IMG/VR virus record: IMGVR_UViG_3300029286_002355
Span: 64,001-128,000 of that record
Origin: a virus
Length of the DNA stretch: 64,000 nucleotides
Strand: one strand, 5' to 3'
The notes beneath the pieces were generated by a model that saw only the letters and a list, made by a program, of their open reading frames with translations, ran no database searches and was not told the origin of the DNA. This document shows, piece after piece, positions 37,857 through 47,475 of this stretch. Each line of letters starts with the position of its first letter. Position 1 is the first letter of the stretch. Position numbers and translations under genes: made by a program.

Positions 37857-38308
37857 AGCTCTAACGACCCTATGGTAGATTGATGTTTTAATGCGACTTC
37901 TTCAACCAGTTTTTGCTCTTGTTCTTTTAGTTTTTGCTCTTGTTCTTTCTTGAGTTTTCGTCTTTCTTTTGCTTTTTCTTTAAGAGCGGATATCTTTAAT
38001 GCCTTGGCTGCTTTTTCTTCCTCTATTATTTTTTTAATTGCGCTAGAGTTCAATGGGGCGGAATTGTTTTTAACAATAGCGGTTATTTCAACATCGCAAA
38101 TAGGATGCCCACCAAAAATAACTTTTGCTCCAATATAGCTAACAACAAAAGCATGTCCGTCCCAATCCACTGTATCGCCTACCTGAAAATTATCATAACT
38201 ATAAGCTTGATGGTTTCTTCCCTTTACCGTTATCTTCTTTTCGGTTTCAGAGTATTTTTCTACTTGTTCTGAAGGGGCATGATCAAAAAATATACGTGCC
38301 ATAGCCAT
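37853..38308 (-). CDS. Hypothetical protein ending TIGSLEL
   Basis: 151 aa, K/E-rich C-terminal helix. Confidence 0.6.
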   Translation of the reverse strand: MAMARIFFDHAPSEQVEKYSETEKKITVKGRNHQAYSYDNFQVGDTVDWDGHAFVVSYIGAKVIFGGHPICDVEITAIVKNNSAPLNSSAIKKIIEEEKAAKALKISALKEKAKERRKLKKEQEQKLKEQEQKLVEEVALKHQSTIGSLEL

Positions 38309-39528
38309 TAAATCATCCTACTAGTTAATGCCGCAACCATTTCCTGCAAATCTTGATTGGGCGTTTCTCCGTATCTTATCTCTTTTAATTTTTTGACAAC
38401 AAATAAATATACTTTCAAGGCCCTATTAAGTACTTTCTGATGTGTTTCACTCTTATTGTATTTGTTTATGTTTGGTTTTACTATCCCCTCTTTAACAAAG
38501 TTGACATATTGTTGTGCTATGAAATCCCAAGGTATTGCTTCTGCTTTACCTTCCTTTTTCTTGCTATCAAAAAATATATCCGGTAAACCCCCACTTTTGA
38601 CCATAACATCTATGCGGTCTTGAAGTAATTTGTTATTCTCAGTCATTTTTCTTTTTTGGGTTGGAGTGAGTTGATAATCATGCCATATATAAGATGGAAA
38701 TTTACCCATAGTAATTATTTTCTTAGCAATGTCATCCCAAGACATTCCCTCGCTCCATAAATGACTTACGACTAGTTGCCATCTAGCTTTTTTCGCCATT
38801 ATTTCCGCCAAGACATTAGGGTTAATTCCAAGATCCAGAAATTCCTGCATCATAATAACCGATTTAGAATAAGTTGTATCCAATACATTACCAAATTTAA
38901 ACAAGACAGCTTCATCGGACGAAGGATAGGTGTTTTCTATCACAAAATTGGATTTTACTTCTTGCGGAGCCGTAATACAGAGTTTCTCCACTTCTGTTTC
39001 TATGACCCCTCTGCTTTTTCCAACTATGGCAATAAACAATTTGGCAGCTTCCGTATCAATGTTTTTACCACGATGTAAAAATTTAGCCTTAACAAAATCT
39101 ATTCCCAATACTTCTTCTTTGTCCGTGAATTCAAATCCATTATTGATAATTTTATGATTGGCGTTCTTTTTCAGTTCATTAATGAATTCACTCCACGTTT
39201 TGTTAAACGCTTTAGTCTTAGGGTCAGGCTTAATAACGTTTTCAGAATCCCATAAGATAAACTTGAGAGAATCGGAAGACGATTTTACAAGATCCAAAAG
39301 AAATTCACGTGCATCCTTATGGTTAGGGATTTCCTTGATTAAAAGAAGTTTCTTTCTGGCAAAGATATCTCTTGTACCTGATTCCAGTCGGATTTTATCA
39401 AAGCTAGATTCTGTGGCCGACAAAACTATCCATTTGAAATCAATATATTTCTTCTTTGCAGAATTAACGTTTTTCTGGCAGAGGTATTTATCCCCTATCA
39501 TTAAAACCGGAGATGGAACGTCACTCAT
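38308..39528 (-). CDS. holA: DNA polymerase III delta (HolA)-like clamp-loader subunit
   Basis: DIFARKKLLLIKE, AIVGKSRGVIETEVEKL; next to dnaN and dnaX. Confidence 0.6.
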   Translation of the reverse strand: MSDVPSPVLMIGDKYLCQKNVNSAKKKYIDFKWIVLSATESSFDKIRLESGTRDIFARKKLLLIKEIPNHKDAREFLLDLVKSSSDSLKFILWDSENVIKPDPKTKAFNKTWSEFINELKKNANHKIINNGFEFTDKEEVLGIDFVKAKFLHRGKNIDTEAAKLFIAIVGKSRGVIETEVEKLCITAPQEVKSNFVIENTYPSSDEAVLFKFGNVLDTTYSKSVIMMQEFLDLGINPNVLAEIMAKKARWQLVVSHLWSEGMSWDDIAKKIITMGKFPSYIWHDYQLTPTQKRKMTENNKLLQDRIDVMVKSGGLPDIFFDSKKKEGKAEAIPWDFIAQQYVNFVKEGIVKPNINKYNKSETHQKVLNRALKVYLFVVKKLKEIRYGETPNQDLQEMVAALTSRMI

Positions 39529-39529
39529 A

Positions 39530-40834
39530 TTATTCGGCTTTTGAGGAATCGTACTTGTGTTTCTCAACAGACATGGTTACATAGATTAATTTTTCATCTA
39601 TTTTTCCGCATATCTTAACGCTATCGGGAACGCCCAACGGAACCATAAACCGTGTTTCGCTGTCTTCTATACTACCCAAAATATCTATGATATGTTGAAT
39701 ATTCCATACGATCTTGCAATCCTTCTTGCAATCATTGACTGGGATAGCTGTTACCATGGGAGACTTTCCGCATTCAGAAACAGCATAAATAGAAGCTTGA
39801 TCAACTCCCTTTTTGAAGGAAAACAAAACCGCTTCTTTGTTAACCATGAGTAAAGATTCTAATCGAACCTTGAGAAGTTTTGTATCCGTTCCGCAAAGAG
39901 GTTCATATTTTTTGTTGAGAACCAAAGTAACAGGAGGTATCTTGTTGAATTTATCCCTGTCTGAAGCCGTTATTCTAGCAATTGTATTGGTTTGCTCGAC
40001 AAAGACTTTGTTCGATTTGGAATCATAAAAGACAGAAACCTTACCTAAGGGATCACAAACTTTAATGAAATCTTGGAACAAGTCGGCATTAATTACCACA
40101 TTAAAATTGTCCTTGGGTTTTTCTTCGCCAACAGGAGCCTCGTCCAAAGTAATATCTTCTGCTTCGGTTACGGCATACGTTGCTATCCGTGCCATATCTG
40201 TGGTTATCATATAAAGCTTACCCGACTTTTGCTGAAAAGATACCCCATCATAAACATGCTCATAATCTTTCTTTAGGGTTGCAGAAATGATGTTTTGTAT
40301 TCCCTTTTCCAGTTGTGCGGTTGGGGCGGTAAACAAGGCTTTGCTCTCTGGTTTGAAAACAGAAACAGGTAATGGTTCAGTAGAATAACTGTCCAAAGCC
40401 CACTTGATTCCTGTCTTGGTAAAATCTCTAGAAACTATTTTGACATCTCCTAGCTTTTTAATAGTATTCTTGTCAGATTTACCTTCTTCTACAGGCGTAA
40501 CAATTTCAGGTTTAGCTAAAGGCGTATAAGATAGACCAATACGAGATTCGCCTTGCTTTTTAATCCAGTCGTAGAGATCTTTTGCGGCAACTGTAATTTC
40601 TCCTGTCTCTTTAACCTCAATTCCACTATCTTTGGTAATAGGGAGGGTATGACGCACAGCCATAAGTTTTGTAGCCGATTCAAAAACAACAGATTTCTCA
40701 TTAGCCTTGATAGTTACCGCTTTTAAAAGGACAGAGATATTGCTAGTATCGGCCTGAGCTTCTTCTGACAAAGCGGCCAATGCTCCACGATCCAATGCTT
40801 CCAACAGTGTTTTTTGATTTATGCCTAGTTTCAT
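39530..40834 (-). CDS. dnaN: DNA polymerase III beta sliding clamp
   Basis: INQKTLLEAL, GEITVAAK, YEHVYDGV, ITTDMARI, KIVWNIQHIIDIL; three-domain length. Confidence 0.78.
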   Translation of the reverse strand: MKLGINQKTLLEALDRGALAALSEEAQADTSNISVLLKAVTIKANEKSVVFESATKLMAVRHTLPITKDSGIEVKETGEITVAAKDLYDWIKKQGESRIGLSYTPLAKPEIVTPVEEGKSDKNTIKKLGDVKIVSRDFTKTGIKWALDSYSTEPLPVSVFKPESKALFTAPTAQLEKGIQNIISATLKKDYEHVYDGVSFQQKSGKLYMITTDMARIATYAVTEAEDITLDEAPVGEEKPKDNFNVVINADLFQDFIKVCDPLGKVSVFYDSKSNKVFVEQTNTIARITASDRDKFNKIPPVTLVLNKKYEPLCGTDTKLLKVRLESLLMVNKEAVLFSFKKGVDQASIYAVSECGKSPMVTAIPVNDCKKDCKIVWNIQHIIDILGSIEDSETRFMVPLGVPDSVKICGKIDEKLIYVTMSVEKHKYDSSKAE

Positions 40835-40868
40835 TTTTGCTCCTTTGTTATTTCTACTTTGTTTTTTC

Positions 40869-40883
40869 AGAGATATTATACAG
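40869..40883 (-). promoter_or_regulatory. Extended -10 promoter CTGTATAATATCTCT
   Basis: Repeated motif upstream of the beta clamp. Confidence 0.7.
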
Positions 40884-40888
40884 CGAAA

Positions 40889-41860
40889 TCAATAAATAAA
40901 AATAGGAATTTCTTCTACTTTACCTATTCTTTTTAGTTGTTTCGCTTTTCTTCTTATTCTAACCAATGCATTATCTACGGCTTTAGTTGGATATCTATGT
41001 CTATATTTCTTAGACAAATTACCCGCAATTTCGTTGTATGATGAACTGGTTAAAAACTCATTAAGAACCTTCTTTTCAAACTCGGACAGTTGTTTTGCCA
41101 ATGTATCGAGTGTTACCTCATAAGCTTCTTTGCCCTCTGTTATTTTGACTACTGTTGCTTTCTCGTCAGGAAGTATATTGGCAAACGTATTATTATTAGA
41201 ATCGTTCCCCCTATTAACAGGGCAACTATCAATCGAAACCGCTTTGTTAATCGATTGATCTTTTTGTCTATTTTTCGAAGCATTCAAAATGGTAATTAGA
41301 TGTCTGCGTATACACATCTTTGCAAAGTTAAGAAAACTCATACCTTTACCTTTTTTGAATCCCGGTATTGATTTAAACCGTAAAGCTATCAACGACTCTT
41401 GGTATACGTCAACCGTTTGCAATCCTTTTATATATGGAAATTGTTTAAGTGCTATATTAATTAGATACCCATGAATATAAAGATGAATTCTATCGAACTG
41501 TTTTTTACTTTCTATGGTGTCTGGATTTTTTTTGATTCCAATAGCAATATTGTCTAATTTTTTTTGAACTTGCTTTGGAGTTCCTATCAATGGATCATGA
41601 ACTATTGGTAGTTTGAAAAGAATATCCTCTACAACAGAAGACTTCCTTCCAAACGATTCAATCTCAATTTCTGAATCTTCTATTTCTTCAATTTCTACTA
41701 ACGCTGTATCAATGCCCTTAATCTCTCCGATACTGGGAGAATCGACATCCATATTTTTACATAAGGCAAGTTCAGCCTCTTTGACTTTCTCTTTTTGACT
41801 CTTAACTCTTTTGACTGCTTTAACTACTTTTGACCTAAATTGATTTTTCTCTACTATCAT
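40889..41860 (-). CDS. Sigma-H (Spo0H)-like sigma70-family factor
   Basis: DVYQESLIAL, SFLNFAKMCIRRHLITIL, LSEFEKKVL..SYNEIA, KAVDNALVRIRRK; N-terminal extension; start 41860 or 41902. Confidence 0.85.
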   Translation of the reverse strand: MIVEKNQFRSKVVKAVKRVKSQKEKVKEAELALCKNMDVDSPSIGEIKGIDTALVEIEEIEDSEIEIESFGRKSSVVEDILFKLPIVHDPLIGTPKQVQKKLDNIAIGIKKNPDTIESKKQFDRIHLYIHGYLINIALKQFPYIKGLQTVDVYQESLIALRFKSIPGFKKGKGMSFLNFAKMCIRRHLITILNASKNRQKDQSINKAVSIDSCPVNRGNDSNNNTFANILPDEKATVVKITEGKEAYEVTLDTLAKQLSEFEKKVLNEFLTSSSYNEIAGNLSKKYRHRYPTKAVDNALVRIRRKAKQLKRIGKVEEIPIFIY

Positions 41861-41911
41861 TCCCTTTAATCTCCCTTTATTGGGGGATCGGGGAATCCTC
41901 AAAGTTTCATA

Positions 41912-43015
41912 TTATGTCTGCTGTTTTAACAAAGCTGTGCAATGGATAAGTGTTGATTCCAAAACCCACCTCTCGTTTATACTATACTCTAATTCCTTTC
42001 TCAGAGTAGAAAATTGTTTTGACAACTTATCTAGTTGACCCAATTTTACCGCCTCTCCAACTTTCTTTAACTGTTCAATTTCTTGATCCGGCAAATCGAT
42101 CCATTTGGTTTGTCCATTTTGAGCTTTCAATAGCATGATCGTTCTAAAGGCTTCTGAAATTTCAAAAGCAATTGCCTCCGTGTCAACATTAGCCATAATC
42201 AAATCATTAACTTGGTCTAATAGAAGCGATATGTTACCACCTGTTATAGAATTAACAATTTGGAAAACAATCTGTCTGTCGGGTAGCCCAAAAAATTTCT
42301 GAATATGATTATCATCTATCATATTCTTTCCTGCTTGAGTGCTAATCTGTTCCAAGGTAACAATAGCATCCCTCATACAACCTCTACTAATCTTAGCTAT
42401 GGCAAATAATGCTTCGTTCGTAATATTGACACCCTCCTTATCAGATATAAAACGAATCCTACCTACTATTTCCTTAGATAAAAGACGCCTAAAGTTAAAA
42501 CGTTGAGAACGAGAAGGTATTGTACCAATAACTTTTTTAGGTTCAGTAGTGCAAAATATAAAACTTAAGTATTCTGGGGGCTCTTCTACGATTTTTAGCA
42601 ATGCCGATATCGCTTTCGAGCTTAATTGATGAGCTTCGTCAATTAAATAAACTTTCCTTTTAAGTTCATTGGGAGACCATCTGGCTCCATCTATAAGCGA
42701 TTGAATGTTTTCCACATTACCATTTGCAGCACCATCCAACTCAATCACATCCATTGCCACATCCGATGGTATGGTTTGACAGGCTCTACATTTTCCGCAA
42801 AGTTTACCATCTTTAGGATTTTCACAATTCATAAGATTTGCCAAAATTCTTGCCACAGATGTTTTACCGCATCCCTTTGTTCCTACAAAAAAATATGAAT
42901 TTGCAAACTTCCCCGCTATGGTTGCTTGTTTCAGTGTCGATGTCACGCTATTCTGTCCTACCACTTCATCTAGTTGGAAGGGTCTATATTTAAGGTGCCA
43001 TTCATTTTTAGACAT
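41912..43015 (-). CDS. dnaX: DNA polymerase III gamma/tau clamp-loader ATPase
   Basis: KYRP..L.EVVGQ, GTKGCGKT, CGKCRAC, IDEAH, LLKIVEEPP, SRSQRF, GCMRDA. Confidence 0.95.
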   Translation of the reverse strand: MSKNEWHLKYRPFQLDEVVGQNSVTSTLKQATIAGKFANSYFFVGTKGCGKTSVARILANLMNCENPKDGKLCGKCRACQTIPSDVAMDVIELDGAANGNVENIQSLIDGARWSPNELKRKVYLIDEAHQLSSKAISALLKIVEEPPEYLSFIFCTTEPKKVIGTIPSRSQRFNFRRLLSKEIVGRIRFISDKEGVNITNEALFAIAKISRGCMRDAIVTLEQISTQAGKNMIDDNHIQKFFGLPDRQIVFQIVNSITGGNISLLLDQVNDLIMANVDTEAIAFEISEAFRTIMLLKAQNGQTKWIDLPDQEIEQLKKVGEAVKLGQLDKLSKQFSTLRKELEYSINERWVLESTLIHCTALLKQQT

Positions 43016-43070
43016 AATTACTCCATTGTTTTGTGTTTATTATACATCAATGTCTGGTTTTTTTACATTC

Positions 43071-43085
43071 AGGGATATTATACAG
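43071..43085 (-). promoter_or_regulatory. Extended -10 promoter CTGTATAATATCCCT
   Basis: Repeated motif upstream of dnaX; second TGTATAAT near 43039-43046. Confidence 0.65.
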
Positions 43086-43089
43086 TATT

Positions 43090-43542
43090 TCAGGCGGATT
43101 TGCGAAACTTATCCTGAATGGATTTGCGAAGAGAATTAAGATCGGAATTGTTAGCAAGAATTTCAATTTTTGAAGTATTTTCTTTAGAGACCCCATCCCT
43201 AAAGACGCATATAGGTCTTATAACGCTAGAAATAACGTCATTTTCTTTTAAATCATCAATAACTATCAAGTCCTTATCTTCGGGAGCAGAACCCAAGGTG
43301 AGGTTTATCCAATAAGTTTTGTTTACTTTATAGCCTCTTTCCCTTATTTGATCTAAAGTCTCTTCGGGCCAATCGTCTCCGGGCAATAAATATTTGGCTA
43401 TTTCTCTGACTTTAGATAATATACTTATCCTGTGAAATCCCATTTCGGAAAGCATAGCAGAAACAGTTGTCTTCCCGCTTCCCTTGTCCCCCAGTAAACC
43501 TATAATTATCTTTTTTATAACTCTCCTAATGCATAACCGCAT
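43090..43542 (-). CDS. P-loop kinase (dNMP kinase/dephospho-CoA kinase-like)
   Basis: IIGLLGDKGSGKTT, LIVIDDL. Confidence 0.75.
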   Translation of the reverse strand: MRLCIRRVIKKIIIGLLGDKGSGKTTVSAMLSEMGFHRISILSKVREIAKYLLPGDDWPEETLDQIRERGYKVNKTYWINLTLGSAPEDKDLIVIDDLKENDVISSVIRPICVFRDGVSKENTSKIEILANNSDLNSLRKSIQDKFRKSA

Positions 43543-44393
43543 CCCACAAATGGCAAAGCTGACATAATAGGGCCTAACGATGAATTTCTCTCAATAGGCT
43601 TAACCAAAATATTAAGAACCTTTGACCATGATGTTCCAACATGTATTTCTAATGTTTGTGGTGTATCACTTTCTACAAATGCTAGGTCACCACCTTTATT
43701 ATAATAGTTAATACTGCCAGAAACTTCTTGCATCCCAACTCTTATAACGTAAGGAGATAGTTTTTGCATACCTCCTGCTCCATTGTTGGCCCCTGCTGTA
43801 TAAATTGGCATACAGTTATTGTTAACAGAAAAATCTACGCTGGATATTCCCTTATTGGAATTATCAGAAGTAATAGCGGAACATTTAACCGTTATAGTAT
43901 CCCATGTCATTAGTTTTTCTTCATTAGTAATTAAATCAACCATGGAGGAATCTTCGCCTTGGATAGCCATTATATCTGCACTTATATTAAGAATATCTCC
44001 AGAAGCAACAGAAAATGAATAGGTGTTTACTCTGCATCCGTAGAAATGTCTTGAAATGCCGCAAGTATGCTTAAATTCCATTTCAAACTCGTCTCCTGTT
44101 CTAGCCAAGTCGAACATGGCAACCATAGAGGTTTCTGTGGCAGGGAAAGAAATAGCTCCTTGGTAAATCTTTACTCCGGGTCTAAATAGTATTTTCTGTT
44201 TGTTTAAATTACCTACATCATCTTTGCCATCAAATATGTTTATTCCACTAGGTATAGAGTCTCTAAGACCTATTACATGGTCATAAAATAGAACTTCTTG
44301 CCTTGGGTTTACGCTAAAGTCAGTACATCTTATAGTAGTTCCATTTATTATGGCGTAACCAAGAAAACCAGCATTTACATCACCTACTGCCAT
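43515..44393 (-). CDS. Putative tail tube protein
   Basis: Beta-rich 292 aa with tube-like pattern (DFSVNP, QGAISF, VNTYSFSV, EVSGSINYY); no definitive motif. Confidence 0.5.
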   Translation of the reverse strand: MAVGDVNAGFLGYAIINGTTIRCTDFSVNPRQEVLFYDHVIGLRDSIPSGINIFDGKDDVGNLNKQKILFRPGVKIYQGAISFPATETSMVAMFDLARTGDEFEMEFKHTCGISRHFYGCRVNTYSFSVASGDILNISADIMAIQGEDSSMVDLITNEEKLMTWDTITVKCSAITSDNSNKGISSVDFSVNNNCMPIYTAGANNGAGGMQKLSPYVIRVGMQEVSGSINYYNKGGDLAFVESDTPQTLEIHVGTSWSKVLNILVKPIERNSSLGPIMSALPFVGCGYALGEL

Positions 44394-44394
44394 A

Positions 44395-46503
44395 TTAATC
44401 TATTCCCAGAACATCAGTCTCACTATCATTAGAAGGTTCGGCGTCCTCTTCGATCTTATCGGACTTACCAGATTTAGAGTATTTTTTGAATGTTTTTTTA
44501 ACCGATCCATCAAGAGACTCGGAATATTTACATTTTGGATAACAAATACATCCAAGAAACACGCTTCCATCTGCCTTATTCTTTCTTTCTACTAGCTTGC
44601 CATCCCTACCTTCTTTTTGACATTCTGGACATAACCGATCTGTAATATTAAGAACCTTCTTCTCTTTGATAGTAAATTTACCATCCTCCCCCTTAGCGTA
44701 AATCATGCGGCATAAAGGATATCGGTCACAGCCGTAGAAATCTCCGAACTTCCCATGTCTCTGAACAATAGATCCATTTTTGCACTCTTTAGACATGCAT
44801 TTTTCTCCTGTTGTTACGCCAATACTTTTAGAATCATTACCTTTAGCTTCTTTTATGTATTTTTGTAATGTTTCATAAACAGCACTAACCACTCCCAAAT
44901 AATCCTTTTTCCCATCCGCTATTTCATCTAAATTCTCTTCGAGTTTGGAAGTGTATTTTATGTCCATAAAGAAGTCTTTGAAATTAGGTTGCAAATAGTC
45001 ACATATTCTTGTTCCCAATATGGTTGCAATAAGACCCTTGCCTTTCTTTTCTTTTTCTACATAGCCTTTCTTTTGAATTGAAGTAATAATACTAGCTCTT
45101 GTAGATGGCCTTCCAACACCCTCCTTCTCCATCGCTTTCGCCAAACTGCCCTCGTTATATCTTGCGGGGGGTTGAGTAGTATGTTTTGTTTTTTTGATAT
45201 CCTTTAAATTTAAGGCTTCCTTTTCCTTAGCGTCCGGCAATACCTCTTCTTTTGTTTTTGAATATTTGTAAACTTTAGACCATCCATCAAATTTAACAGT
45301 TTGTCCTCTTGCAATTAAATGATGATTGGTACTAGCCTTGACATCGTAAACAACCGTATCCACAATTTGAGGTGTCATCTGGCAAGCTATGAATCTATCA
45401 CGAATTAGCTTATACATCTTTTTTTCTGAATCCTCATCTAAATCGTCTCCAACATCCTTAACATGGGTTGGCCTGATACATTCGTGGGCTTCTTGTGCTG
45501 CTGCTCCAGATTTTTTCGTATAAACATTTGCACTTTGAGGTAAATAGGGGCTCGATTCTGTTTCTTTGATAAAATCTCTAACCTCTTTAATAGCATCAGC
45601 AGATATGGCAAAAGAATCAGAGCGTATATAGGTAACTTTACCCTGTTCATATAGTTTTTGAGCTATGACCTGAGATTTACTAAGACTCCATCCGAAAAGA
45701 GCGGAACATGTAACTTGAAGAGAATTGGTATCGAAGGGAGCTGGCGGACTGTTCTTTTTTTCTGCCTTTTCTACTTTATCTAAAATGAAAGATGCCTTTT
45801 GAAGTTTCGCTAAATCATCTTGTGCTACTTTTTCACTAAGATATTTGTTTTCTTTTTCTTTGGTTACTACTCTGGCCCAAAATTCCCCCTTTTTACATTC
45901 TAAAAGGGCTTCTACAAACCAATAATCTTCTGGTTTGAAAGCATCAATCTCTTTCTGCCTGTCGCAAACAATTTTTAAGGCTATAGACTGAACCCGCCCG
46001 GCACTAGAACCGGGTATATGAGCCGAATACCAAAGTACCGGAGAAACGCCATACCCAATTAATCTATCCAAAACTTGCCTAGCCTTTGCCGCTTGTATGG
46101 TTGGCATATGAGTTTCTATTTTGGTTTCTTCTTTAATGGCGTTAAGAATTGCGGTTTTGTTAATTTCATTAAACATTACTCTAACACATTTCTTTTTGCA
46201 TTTTTCATTTAAAATATCATAAATGTGGTAAGATATACTAGACCCTTCTCTATCAGGATCGGTTGCCAAATATATTTTTTCTGCTTTTTCAGCTTCTTCT
46301 TTTATTTTCTTAACCACATCTTTTTTATCATTGCTAATTTGATAAACTGGCTCGAATCCATTTTTTATATCGATATTCATCCCTTTTTTGGGTATCTCTC
46401 TAATGTGTCCAACAGAAGCGGTAACAACATAGTCAGATCCCAAAAACGACTTAATCTTTGCGCATTTATTGGGAGACTCTACTATAAACAAATATTTACT
46501 CAT
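44395..46503 (-). CDS. topA: DNA topoisomerase I (type IA) with C-terminal Zn ribbons
   Basis: IVESPNK, LATDPDREG, SAGRVQS, VTYIRSD catalytic Tyr, AHECIRPT, GVGRPST. Confidence 0.96.
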   Translation of the reverse strand: MSKYLFIVESPNKCAKIKSFLGSDYVVTASVGHIREIPKKGMNIDIKNGFEPVYQISNDKKDVVKKIKEEAEKAEKIYLATDPDREGSSISYHIYDILNEKCKKKCVRVMFNEINKTAILNAIKEETKIETHMPTIQAAKARQVLDRLIGYGVSPVLWYSAHIPGSSAGRVQSIALKIVCDRQKEIDAFKPEDYWFVEALLECKKGEFWARVVTKEKENKYLSEKVAQDDLAKLQKASFILDKVEKAEKKNSPPAPFDTNSLQVTCSALFGWSLSKSQVIAQKLYEQGKVTYIRSDSFAISADAIKEVRDFIKETESSPYLPQSANVYTKKSGAAAQEAHECIRPTHVKDVGDDLDEDSEKKMYKLIRDRFIACQMTPQIVDTVVYDVKASTNHHLIARGQTVKFDGWSKVYKYSKTKEEVLPDAKEKEALNLKDIKKTKHTTQPPARYNEGSLAKAMEKEGVGRPSTRASIITSIQKKGYVEKEKKGKGLIATILGTRICDYLQPNFKDFFMDIKYTSKLEENLDEIADGKKDYLGVVSAVYETLQKYIKEAKGNDSKSIGVTTGEKCMSKECKNGSIVQRHGKFGDFYGCDRYPLCRMIYAKGEDGKFTIKEKKVLNITDRLCPECQKEGRDGKLVERKNKADGSVFLGCICYPKCKYSESLDGSVKKTFKKYSKSGKSDKIEEDAEPSNDSETDVLGID

Positions 46504-46544
46504 TTTTGTCCTTATGAAATTTTATCTTTCTCTCAAGTTAACCT

Positions 46545-46558
46545 AGATATATTATACA
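46545..46558 (-). promoter_or_regulatory. Extended -10 promoter variant TGTATAATATATCT
   Basis: Upstream of topA. Confidence 0.55.
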
Positions 46559-46700
46559 TATTCTACATTAAAAATTAATCACAAAACATGAGTGTATCGT
46601 TTGATTATTGAAAAATACAGATGGCATTGCACGGGAAGATACAAAAATGTCAAATGCTAAGAGAATAAAAAATATTATACAGGTTTTTAAATTAACTTAA

Positions 46701-46725
46701 AGGAAGTATATTGTTTATTTTGAAT
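46701..46725 (+). promoter_or_regulatory. Sigma-H-like promoter AGGAAGT-11-TTTGAAT
   Basis: Upstream of the plus-strand TM coiled-coil gene. Confidence 0.5.
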
Positions 46726-46756
46726 TATATAGTGTATTAAAAACCGAAAAGGAAAG

Positions 46757-47470
46757 GTGAAGGTAATTATGACAATAAAACATATAAATGATGTAAACAG
46801 CGGGTGGGAGCCCAGAGTAGCAAAACTAGAAACAAGTATGGAGATGCTAACTAACAATGTCAATACTTTAACCAATAACGTTAGAGATCAAGGTGTTGAT
46901 ATTGAAAAACAACTTCGTGAGTTAACGGCATCAATCAACCTAGTAGCCAGCCCGAAACAAACAAACTGGAGTACTATTATTGCTGCTATAGCATTAATTT
47001 TGGCATTAGGAGCCGCTGTGTTTGCTCCGTTGAATATGCGAATTAATGAGAATAAAATATCAATTGAAAAATTATCCGGTTTTCATTTTGATCATGAAAA
47101 ATTACCTTTACATCCTGTGGGAGAAACAAAAATAGCCGGCCTTGAAGGATCTATTGCAGATAAACATCACTTATTTGAGCAATCTATTGGAGAACTTAAT
47201 GATAAACTCCAAGAAGAGTTCAAATTAACAACTGATGCCACAAAAGAACAAATCGAACAATTGGATGTTAGACTGCAACGTGAGTTTATGTTGTCAATGG
47301 CTAATACGGAAAAACAGGTAGAAGCAGCACGTTTAGATATTAAAGAAGGGAATTCTTTAGCTTTAAATAGAATTGAATCGCTAGAGCAATGGGTTAATAA
47401 TCGTACACAAGACGAGTTTAAAGAATTACAAAGCAGAAGAATGGGCGTAGAATGTGCAAAGAAAAAATAG
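46757..47470 (+). CDS. Single-TM coiled-coil protein (possible lysis accessory or virion membrane protein)
   Basis: Coiled coil - TM IIAAIALILALGAAVFAPL - coiled coil. Confidence 0.55.
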   Translation: MKVIMTIKHINDVNSGWEPRVAKLETSMEMLTNNVNTLTNNVRDQGVDIEKQLRELTASINLVASPKQTNWSTIIAAIALILALGAAVFAPLNMRINENKISIEKLSGFHFDHEKLPLHPVGETKIAGLEGSIADKHHLFEQSIGELNDKLQEEFKLTTDATKEQIEQLDVRLQREFMLSMANTEKQVEAARLDIKEGNSLALNRIESLEQWVNNRTQDEFKELQSRRMGVECAKKK

Positions 47471-47475
47471 TTGAT

